From a virus (lineage: Duplodnaviria > Caudoviricetes), in IMG/VR virus record IMGVR_UViG_2862830631_000005, positions 14,672 to 78,671 of that record: DNA of 64,000 nt. One strand, 5' to 3'. A model generated the notes under the pieces. The model ran no database searches. It had not been told where the DNA came from and was given only the letters and a program-made list of their open reading frames with translations. The position numbers and the translations under genes are program-made. Of the stretch, positions 1 through 6,242 are shown piece after piece (position 1 is the stretch's first letter; each line of letters opens with the position of its first letter).

Positions 1-86
1 CGAGGCGATCTCGTTGGCCTGTTCGATGGTGGCCTGATCGATCTCACTCGCGAATGAAACAACCTTCGAGTTCAGCAGTGTGTAGC

Positions 87-293
87 TCACTTGCCCAGCA
101 CCTCCAGGGCCTTCTTCAGCTCCTTGCGCAGCTGCTTGATCTCCCCCACGGTGAGACGGGTGGCCGCCCACCTCGCGTGGTCGGTATCCATCTGCACCAG
201 GATGTCCGCCTCCCGCGTGCCGATGGCGTCGATGTTGACCTCGCCGCCGCTCTTGGTCTTCATGCGGGTGGAAAACTTCTTGGTATTGATCAC
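87..293 (-). CDS. hypothetical protein
   Basis: 68-aa ORF with a 4-bp overlap with the upstream ORF; protein-like composition. Confidence 0.6.
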   Translation of the reverse strand: MINTKKFSTRMKTKSGGEVNIDAIGTREADILVQMDTDHARWAATRLTVGEIKQLRKELKKALEVLGK

Positions 294-601
294 GATTCGA
301 GCAGCTCCTTGATGATGTCGCCAATGAAGTGGTACGTCTTCGTGTGAATGGCCTTCTGGGATGTCTTAGCGCTCTGGTAGATCACGTCCACCTCGAAGTA
401 CACCGAGTCCGTGCCCTCTTCGCAGTAGCCGTTGAATGCAACATCGAAGATTGACCCGTAGCGCTCCCCAACCTCGGATAGAAGCCTGCACCCCAGGCGC
501 TTCGACATCGCATCGAAGCAACCCGGGATGAGGCGTTCCTCCACCGCGGTCACAGAAGGCCCTGACGCTTCAGAAGAGCCCAGATGAGCATCCCGAGCCA
601 C
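290..601 (-). CDS. hypothetical protein (start uncertain)
   Basis: ORF coupled to 87..293; the true start may be internal. Confidence 0.5.
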   Translation of the reverse strand: MARDAHLGSSEASGPSVTAVEERLIPGCFDAMSKRLGCRLLSEVGERYGSIFDVAFNGYCEEGTDSVYFEVDVIYQSAKTSQKAIHTKTYHFIGDIIKELLES

Positions 602-671
602 CGCCAGAAAGTGGGGTTTCCCATTGCCATGTCGAGTACATTACGGGCCCACCTGTTTCACTCCTGAACGC

Positions 672-698
672 AAAAAACCCCAGGTCAGAGACCTGGGG
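672..698 (-). terminator. intrinsic terminator closing the tRNA operon
   Basis: CCCCAGGT-ctctg-ACCTGGGG followed by T6 on the minus strand, just after the last tRNA. Confidence 0.85.
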
Positions 699-704
699 CT
701 GTTG

Positions 705-775
705 CAGTTCGTAGGGGACTCGAACCCCTACCTACAGATTGAGAATCTGGGATGCTGCCTTTACACCAACGAACC
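705..775 (-). tRNA. tRNA-Glu(CTC)
   Basis: GGTTCGT/ACGAACT acceptor, CAGA-TT-CTC-AA-TCTG anticodon arm, TTCGAGT T-loop. Confidence 0.85.
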
Positions 776-1114
776 ATTGCTGACGACCCACTGGCCGTCA
801 TCACGAACCTCCGTCTTAAGGTTCACCGGCCACATGTCGCGCTCAACTCGGGCCTTCAGAAGCGTCTCCTGGCCACACTGACGCTTCACCCATGTGCGGA
901 ACGTTGAGGTTTGCGCCATGCGCTTGAACGCCAACCGCTTGTTCTGCAACTGACTGCGCTCATCGCGAGCCTCACCAACGGCGCCGGAAGCCCTGTGAGT
1001 GACTCGGACACCGGTTTCCCGCTTGTTCTGATTCTGCCCACCCTTGCCGCCGGCACGAAATGTGTCGACCTGGCAGTCATCAAGGGTGACCGAGAATGCT
1101 AGTTCCATACTCAC
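761..1114 (-). CDS. peptide chain release factor-like / ArfB-type peptidyl-tRNA hydrolase
   Basis: FRAGGKGGQNQNK GGQ motif, GVRVTH, ERSQLQNK; 117 aa with no codon-recognition domains. Confidence 0.9.
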   Translation of the reverse strand: MSMELAFSVTLDDCQVDTFRAGGKGGQNQNKRETGVRVTHRASGAVGEARDERSQLQNKRLAFKRMAQTSTFRTWVKRQCGQETLLKARVERDMWPVNLKTEVRDDGQWVVSNGSLV

Positions 1115-1189
1115 GTCCCGACGACGGGATTTGAACCCGTGTATCCACCTCGACAGGGTGGCGTCCTGGGCCGCTAGACGACACCGGGA
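1115..1189 (-). tRNA. tRNA-Asp(GTC)
   Basis: CCACC-CT-GTC-GA-GGTGG anticodon arm; TTCAAAT T-loop. Confidence 0.9.
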
Positions 1190-1265
1190 TTGTTGGACTT
1201 GACGCGTACCTCACGGGTCAACTTTCTGGGAATCAAACCCTGGAGCTGCTTGACCAAAACTCCCG

Positions 1266-1339
1266 CATTCCGAGCGGGATTCGAACCCGCACTCTCCTGA
1301 GTGAAAATCAGGTGGGATGACCAATTACCCTATCGGAAC
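1266..1339 (-). tRNA. tRNA-Glu(TTC)
   Basis: CCTGA-TT-TTC-AC-TCAGG; TTCGAAT T-loop. Confidence 0.88.
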
Positions 1340-1345
1340 ACAATG

Positions 1346-1413
1346 TGGAGTACCGGGGAATCGGACCCCGCCTCTGAGTTTGCAAAACTCGGAGTCTCAC
1401 CAGACAGCACCCC
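1346..1413 (-). tRNA. atypical 68-nt tRNA-Ala(TGC)
   Basis: GGGGTGC/GTACTCC acceptor with G3:U70; mini D arm GTCT-GGTG-AGAC; TT-TGC-AA loop; TCCGATT T-loop. Confidence 0.7.
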
Positions 1414-1414
1414 G

Positions 1415-1531
1415 TTAAGCCGCCTTCCGGCGATGTGGACGACCGTGCCCCTTGTTGCGTGCTCCGTATGTTGGAGTCAACGCATGATGATTGGGGCACA
1501 GCACTCGCAGATTCGCCCGCGAGTTGTTGGT
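1415..1531 (-). pseudogene. HNH endonuclease C-terminal relic
   Basis: Translates TNNSRANLRVLCPNHHALTPTYGARNKGHGRPHRRKAA*; in-frame TAG a few codons upstream and no start codon. Confidence 0.75.
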
Positions 1532-1570
1532 GTAGGTCTCTTGACGGACCTATTGTGCAAAAAAGAGCTG

Positions 1571-1642
1571 AGCCCCTACGACGATTCGAACGCCGCACGC
1601 CGATTTACAAGATCGGAGCTTTTCCTACTAAGCTATAAGGGC
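1571..1642 (-). tRNA. tRNA-Thr(TGT)
   Basis: CCGAT-CT-TGT-AA-ATCGG; canonical T arm. Confidence 0.88.
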
Positions 1643-1643
1643 C

Positions 1644-1714
1644 TGGTAGCCGGTCAAGGAATCAAACCCTGCTTAGTTGGATGTAAGCCAACCTTCGTCT
1701 CAGACTAACCAGCC
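1644..1714 (-). tRNA. atypical tRNA-Val(TAC) with minimal D arm
   Basis: GGCTGGT/ACCGGCT-A-CCA; GGTTGG-CT-TAC-AT-CCAACT 6-bp anticodon stem; TTTGATT T-loop. Confidence 0.72.
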
Positions 1715-1715
1715 A

Positions 1716-1793
1716 TGGAGCATCCGCACGGAATCGAACCGAAACTTTCAGGGTGGAAGCCTGACGTGCTAGACCGTTAAACACTACGGACGC
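1716..1793 (-). tRNA. tRNA-Gly(TCC)
   Basis: TCAGG-CT-TCC-AC-CCTGA; ends in TCCA. Confidence 0.88.
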
Positions 1794-1813
1794 ATAGGTA
1801 TTCAATTATGTTG

Positions 1814-1880
1814 CGCGACAGGAGGGAGTCGAACCCCCATCCGACCGCTTAGGAGGCGGCTGGCCGTCCAGTGCTGCCGC
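1814..1880 (-). tRNA. atypical 67-nt tRNA-Arg(CCT)
   Basis: GCGGCAG/CTGTCGC acceptor; D arm with 4-nt loop; GCCGC-CT-CCT-AA-GCGGT; TTCGACT T-loop. Confidence 0.72.
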
Positions 1881-2043
1881 ATCGGACCTTGCTAATGATC
1901 TCCAAGTCCTCATACTCGCGGGACTCTTCGTAATCCCACTCGCGCCGCCACAGACGATCCTCAGCGGCCCGCTGACGCAACGCCAACATGTCACCGCCAC
2001 AACACCCTCGGCAACACGTCCTACGTCGCAGCATGGATGACAC
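1849..2043 (-). CDS. small hypothetical protein (Cys-rich N-terminus)
   Basis: GGAGGT RBS before GTG 2043 / ATG 2034; the ORF runs into tRNA-Arg(CCT). Confidence 0.5.
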   Translation of the reverse strand: MSSMLRRRTCCRGCCGGDMLALRQRAAEDRLWRREWDYEESREYEDLEIISKVRCGSTGRPAAS

Positions 2044-2056
2044 AGCTACCTCCAAG

Positions 2057-2131
2057 TGGTAGGGACACCGGGTACTGACCCCAGGATGCCGTCTTATCAG
2101 AACGGAGTGATAACCATTTCACTATGTCCCA
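2057..2131 (-). tRNA. tRNA-Ile(GAT)
   Basis: CCGTT-CT-GAT-AA-GACGG; ACCA end; non-canonical T-loop GTCAGTA. Confidence 0.8.
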
Positions 2132-2132
2132 G

Positions 2133-2206
2133 TAGGCCCAGAAGGAATTGAACCCTCGTCCCCGGATTAAGAGTCCGGTGCTATTCCCAACTTCAGCTAT
2201 AGGCCC
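2133..2206 (-). tRNA. tRNA-Lys(CTT)
   Basis: CCGGA-CT-CTT-AA-TCCGG. Confidence 0.9.
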
Positions 2207-2310
2207 ATATCCGGCAGTAACGGGGCCGGGGCCGAGTAGTCTTCAGCCACCCGATGGCCTACTACTACCTCTTTCGTCGTCGCGCCGGGTCAGGGCGGTC
2301 GGGATTTGCG

Positions 2311-2384
2311 TACTCGACGCGAGAGTCGAACTCGCAAGCACCTGAGTTTGAATCAGGCGGCTTTGCCGGTTTGCCTAGTCGAGC
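2311..2384 (-). tRNA. tRNA-Leu(CAA), short variable loop
   Basis: CCTGA-TT-CAA-AC-TCAGG; 5-nt variable loop. Confidence 0.85.
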
Positions 2385-2385
2385 A

Positions 2386-2859
2386 TTACGCCGCAGCTTT
2401 CCACGGCTTGTTTGTGTCGCACTGAGAATGACAGTTGGGACAGAGAAACCTCAGGTTCTCGGCGCGGTTATCGAGAGGGTTGCCGTCTATATGATCAATC
2501 TCCAGAACGATTGGAAGCCCCATCCATGAATCATCCAACCCGCATAGCTCACACACCGCTGGACGACCGATCTCGCTCAGTGCGCGGCGAAGGCGTTTGA
2601 CATCTTCACGGTTACTACCCTCAGGGCGAACCACAAGGATCTCAGTGGCCGCCTTTCGGCGGTTTGACGTCCCTCGACCGGCAGTCGTGTTTCGAAAGTG
2701 GCTTGTATCCAACCCCATGCGTACCACACGATTACGCATATGGAAGTGGCTACCGCCCGCCACCTTGATACCTAGTCTGCGGAGCACGTCTGACATCGAC
2801 GTGCAACTAGCGACCGCATCCGCCACCTGGGCGTCGGTATATGTTCTTTGTCTCCCCAT
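2386..2859 (-). CDS. HNH endonuclease
   Basis: CELCG...LEIDHIDGNPLDNRAENLRFLCPNCHSQ; N-terminal HTH-like region. Confidence 0.92.
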   Translation of the reverse strand: MGRQRTYTDAQVADAVASCTSMSDVLRRLGIKVAGGSHFHMRNRVVRMGLDTSHFRNTTAGRGTSNRRKAATEILVVRPEGSNREDVKRLRRALSEIGRPAVCELCGLDDSWMGLPIVLEIDHIDGNPLDNRAENLRFLCPNCHSQCDTNKPWKAAA

Positions 2860-2863
2860 TGCG

Positions 2864-2936
2864 TACCGAGGGCGGGGGTCGAACCCGCATACACCTGATT
2901 CTAAGTCAGGCGGCTCGCCAGATGGCCTACCTCGGC
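2864..2936 (-). tRNA. tRNA-Leu(TAG), short variable loop
   Basis: CCTGA-CT-TAG-AA-TCAGG. Confidence 0.85.
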
Positions 2937-2981
2937 ATATCGGGGAAGCCCCCGTAGTTCGGGATCCCCCCTGTGACCTAT

Positions 2982-3056
2982 TGGAACCGGGAGTCGGATC
3001 TGCACCGACGTAGGTCGGCTTTGCAGGCCGCCGCTTAACTACTCAGCCATCCCGGC
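2982..3056 (-). tRNA. tRNA-Cys(GCA)
   Basis: CGGC-CT-GCA-AA-GCCG; U73-CCA; T-loop TGCAGAT. Confidence 0.85.
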
Positions 3057-3311
3057 TTGTTCCCACCCCGGCCAATCATGGATGGTGGGAATGCGGCCCT
3101 GAGATCCATTCAGAGCCACGTTCACCTGCAGGGCGTAGGAAAGCCATGGACGAAGGTCATCCACGTCCTCTCCGTTGCCCTCAGCCTCATCTCTGGCAGC
3201 CTGCAGGATCTCTGCTATCTGCTGTCGACGGGCCACGACGGCCGGATGGCTGTTGAACCATTCGATCGCCGGCTGGAGAAACTTGGGATCTTCCTTCAGC
3301 AAGCCAGCCAT
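3039..3311 (-). CDS. hypothetical protein
   Basis: MAGLLKEDPKF... with upstream AGGGGA; the stop codon lies in the tRNA-Cys D-loop. Confidence 0.65.
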   Translation of the reverse strand: MAGLLKEDPKFLQPAIEWFNSHPAVVARRQQIAEILQAARDEAEGNGEDVDDLRPWLSYALQVNVALNGSQGRIPTIHDWPGWEQAGMAE

Positions 3312-3324
3312 CGTTTCCCCTAAG

Positions 3325-3398
3325 TGGTCAGACCGGACGGGCACGATCCGTCCCCTGCACAGTCACAGTGTGCAATGCTTCCGCTACACCACGGCCTT
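3325..3398 (-). tRNA. tRNA-His(GTG), atypical acceptor end
   Basis: GCACA-CT-GTG-AC-TGTGC; ACCA end; T-loop ATCGTGC. Confidence 0.78.
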
Positions 3399-3401
3399 GT
3401 G

Positions 3402-3474
3402 CGCCCCTGAAAGGATTCGAACCTCCACAGGCATGGCTTCGTAGGCCATCGCTCTTCCGTTGAGCTACAGAGGC
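3402..3474 (-). tRNA. tRNA-Arg(ACG)
   Basis: ATGGC-CT-ACG-AA-GCCAT. Confidence 0.9.
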
Positions 3475-3563
3475 AGTTGAGCTTTAACCATCTGCTTTAT
3501 TAGATTGCAGTTAGCGCAAAGGGTTTGATACCCTTCCGGCCAACCGCGATTCCTTAGCTGCTG
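3465..3563 (-). pseudogene. HNH endonuclease C-terminal relic
   Basis: Translates QQLRNRGWPEGYQTLCANCNLIKQMVKAQLPL*, an HNH-type P-x-GYQ-x-LC-x-NCN-x-x-K ending. Confidence 0.65.
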
Positions 3564-3792
3564 GCCGCTCCTGGCTAGCAGGAGCAAGCAAGCACAACGC
3601 TCGATGCAACCAAGTAGCAGCCGCTAAGAGCCCGCCATCCGGGTCGTCCACCGCATAACACGGCAGATCACCAAACTTCTCACGGTACATCTCGATAGCA
3701 GTGGCATGCCCGCCCTCATAAGACCAACCGATGAACGCGCACGCACGCTCAGCCTCAGCCGTAGAAGGCAAGGGCCCCCAGAAGTCAGGCAC
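3511..3792 (-). CDS. hypothetical protein
   Basis: GTG start overlapping the upstream ORF end; the C-terminus runs over the HNH relic. Confidence 0.5.
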   Translation of the reverse strand: MPDFWGPLPSTAEAERACAFIGWSYEGGHATAIEMYREKFGDLPCYAVDDPDGGLLAAATWLHRALCLLAPASQERPAAKESRLAGRVSNPLR

Positions 3793-4039
3793 GGCGCTGC
3801 CACCCATCCATTTCCATCTGACTGCGATGCGAACGGTGGTCGTCATCGTCATAACCAACCGAAACGCAAATCAGGTACCAACCCGGCTTAACCCAAAGCT
3901 CAAGGTTCTCGCCGTGAACATTTAACCCACTATCCTCGGCGACATACAGCAGGGCGTCAATCGACCGCTTAACAGCGTCGGGCGTCATAGCGCTATGACA
4001 GGCGTGATAAAAGAAATGCTTCTCAGGCACACTCGGCAT
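3785..4039 (-). CDS. hypothetical protein
   Basis: GGGGAG RBS then ATG (MPSVPEKHFFYH...). Confidence 0.55.
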   Translation of the reverse strand: MPSVPEKHFFYHACHSAMTPDAVKRSIDALLYVAEDSGLNVHGENLELWVKPGWYLICVSVGYDDDDHRSHRSQMEMDGWQRRA

Positions 4040-4086
4040 GAAACAACTCCCCCGCATACTCGGCGACCATCTTCTTTGATTCCATC

Positions 4087-4160
4087 TGGTTGCGCAGCTG
4101 GGATTCGAACCCAGAGCCTCGGCTTATGAGACCGAGATGTTCCCCTTACACTACCGCGCA
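4087..4160 (-). tRNA. tRNA-Met(CAT)
   Basis: TCGGT-CT-CAT-AA-GCCGA; ACCA end. Confidence 0.88.
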
Positions 4161-4216
4161 ATATCCGGATTGGTTCGCCTCTCACCGGCATCGAGGAGTG
4201 GTTTCCACTTCATACG

Positions 4217-4291
4217 TCGGAACGCTTGGATTCGAACCAAGGGCCTCCCGGGTTTCAACCGGGCGCTCTCACCTCACTGAGCTACGATCCG
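4217..4291 (-). tRNA. tRNA-Phe(GAA)
   Basis: CCCGG-TT-GAA-AC-CCGGG. Confidence 0.9.
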
Positions 4292-4369
4292 AGGAGTCCC
4301 ACCCATTCATGCCAGCCCCTCTGGCAACCTGTATTCACTCTTAGTGGCCACCAGGCGGGTGGGGGTAAG

Positions 4370-4496
4370 CGGAGGGCTGTGGGCACGATCCACACGGGTT
4401 GTCTACCGCGCACCCCTTAGCAGGGGGCCCCAGCTCCCTGGCTGGTTAGCTCTCCAAAGTTCCCGGTCGCTCTGCCAGTTGAGACGTATACCCCTG
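4370..4496 (-). ncRNA. tRNA-like RNA with expanded anticodon arm
   Basis: D-arm-like CTC-AACTGGCA-GAG, ACCG/CGGT stem enclosing two hairpins, T arm TGTGG-ATCGTGC-CCACA. Confidence 0.45.
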
Positions 4497-4555
4497 ACGC
4501 ACCAACAGTCCTTCGCGCGAACTAGGTGTTGGCTCCCACCGTGCACGGCAGGCGA

Positions 4556-4716
4556 CGAGGGCAGGTGGATTCGAACCACCAACCACCAGTTGCGAAGAGC
4601 GGAGGTCTTGATCCCCAAGCAGCATCACCTGCTACCCGGTATTCGACACCGGTCGGGGCACTCGCCCCTGCTTCACTCTCCAGATGCCGGTCGAGTTGCT
4701 TTTACCCTGCGCCTCC
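4556..4716 (-). ncRNA. outer tRNA-like shell enclosing tRNA-Ser(CGA)
   Basis: GGAGGCG/TGCCCTC acceptor, GGGT/ACTC D stem, ACCGG/CTGGT anticodon stem, perfect GGTGG-TTCGAAT-CCACC T arm. Confidence 0.55.
4593..4681 (-). tRNA. atypical tRNA-Ser(CGA)
   Basis: GGAGAGT/GCTCTTC-G acceptor; CCGGT-GT-CGA-AT-ACCGG; long variable arm AGCAG/CTGCT; divergent D and T arms. Confidence 0.72.
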
Positions 4717-4738
4717 CCGGCTTGTGGCGCAGCATGTG

Positions 4739-4812
4739 TGGAGTCACCGAGGCTTGAACTCGGCTCTGCTGGACTGCGAATCCGGCGTTTTACCTTGTTA
4801 AACTACAACCCC
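4739..4812 (-). tRNA. tRNA-Ala(CGC)
   Basis: GGGGTTG/TGACTCC with G3:U70; TT-CGC-AG loop. Confidence 0.85.
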
Positions 4813-5039
4813 ATTGTGCGGTTTCGGGTGTCGCGATTCACCCTACCGAGAGGTCCGCTATCTCGGATCCGTGGTTGGATAACACAGCCAGCGGCATCGG
4901 ACTGCGACCCCGTAAATTAACGTCACCAGGGATCAGGGCGGGTAGTTATCCGATCTACCAACGGCTAGTTCGGTCCGGCCCAGTTTTAACCCGCTCGGGC
5001 CGGGGGTGGGAAGCAGTTTGAATTGATGCTCAACAATCG

Positions 5040-5111
5040 CTGGAAACCCTGGATTCGAACCAAGAATGACGGGTTCAGATCCCGTAGTGTTGCCGGTTAC
5101 ACCAGTCTCCA
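5040..5111 (-). tRNA. tRNA-Gln(CTG)
   Basis: ACGGG-AT-CTG-AA-CCCGT; U1-A72 and G73. Confidence 0.87.
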
Positions 5112-5393
5112 ATGCTGGAAAGGCATTTCGGTCGGCCCACCTCTCCACTGGCCGGTGGGCAGTCGATTCGGGGTCGAGCCCCTCCCTCGTCTGTGTTCCC
5201 CACTAGGACTGGCCTTGCGAGCAGGGGCCCTCATGTTGGTGTCGCAAGCCACGAACGGGTGCCCCGTCAGTCCCAAGATTGGAGACGCTTAGTTCAGTAG
5301 GCCCAGCGTCACTGCCTACACGATCCCAGGCTGGGGACGGTCCTACTTTCCCTCACCGTGCCCACGGGTGGGAGTGGTACCTCTCGTGTGTTG

Positions 5394-5470
5394 TCTCGCC
5401 GTGAGGAGTCGAACCTCCACACCCGAAGGAAGGGCTTTACAGGCCCCGTTGCTCACCTATGCGCGACGAG
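5394..5470 (-). tRNA. tRNA-Tyr(GTA), reduced D arm
   Basis: CTCGTCG/CGGCGAG-A; GGGC-CT-GTA-AA-GCCC; CC-TTCG-GG variable arm. Confidence 0.8.
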
Positions 5471-5763
5471 ATTGGAGGTGCGGCCTACAGACAAATACCG
5501 CACTACCACGCCATTTCACCGGATTATCGTTTCCCGGCTTGTCCCCCAGATCCCTCCAGGAGGCGCGTACGCCTGGTCCTTGTGAACCACTGTTCATGTC
5601 GAAAGCTACTCTGCGGCGTTCCCTTCGCCGTTGGGATGGCCGTCCCATGGCTGCAGTACTGACCTACAAACAGGATCCGCCTTGCGGGCTCGTCCTGCCC
5701 CGATTCTGCTCCACAGTCGGGGATTAAGGCGCTTTAACTCTTCGACAGGGAAAGTCTTTTGCT

Positions 5764-5839
5764 TGGATAACATCACAGGAATTGAACCTGCGACCTTCTG
5801 TTCTCAATACAGATGCTCTACCAATTGAGCTAGATGTTG
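5764..5839 (-). tRNA. tRNA with TGA anticodon (nominally Ser) on a class I body
   Basis: Canonical D and T arms; TCTGT-AT-TGA-GA-ACAGA; 5-nt variable loop; C1:A72 mismatch; U73-CCA. Confidence 0.75.
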
Positions 5840-6242
5840 TGACCGGAGACGTGCTTCCCCATGAAGGTCCGTAACCTTTTGAGCTACAGAATGCTTCACG
5901 CCTCTCGCGCTTCAGGCTGGCGACCTGTTTCGCGCTCTCCCTCAACCGCATGCGAGCCGTCGCCCGTCGCGAGATCGGTCATGGAACCCGCCTTCGCCTG
6001 CCAGGGCTCTGACTCAGTTCCTTCCGCACCCACACCAGCCTTAGTCGATAACACTTTCGGGCCTACGTTAGGTCATGGTGTCCTCAGCACGTTGCCGTTG
6101 GACCATGTGTACCTCGGTGGCGCACCGCCCCTTCGAGGACGGTGTCGGGTTGTGGATTGCATGGATTGCCCTCACGGGTGGCGAGCTGTCACACTCACCT
6201 TTCAGTGCCTTACGGCACCTTATCGGCCATGCCCGAAATCTT

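Larger units (their letters stand above)
5112..6241 (-). ncRNA. large structured ncRNA, GOLLD-like candidate, with two embedded tRNAs
   Basis: No credible ORF; dense hairpins with GNRA-type loops; long-range stems TTTCGGGC/GCCCGAAA and TGTCGAAGAGTTA/TAGCTTTCGACA; stems that bracket both internal tRNAs. Confidence 0.6.

Noticed and set aside
1190-1262. GGTCAA/TTGACC hairpin with a T-loop-like GGGTTTGATTCCC
   Set aside because: No D arm or acceptor; too short to separate from chance or a tRNA remnant
2207-2308. Possible hammerhead ribozyme or riboswitch (CTGA...GAAA)
   Set aside because: The core does not match CUGANGA and the required stems could not be built
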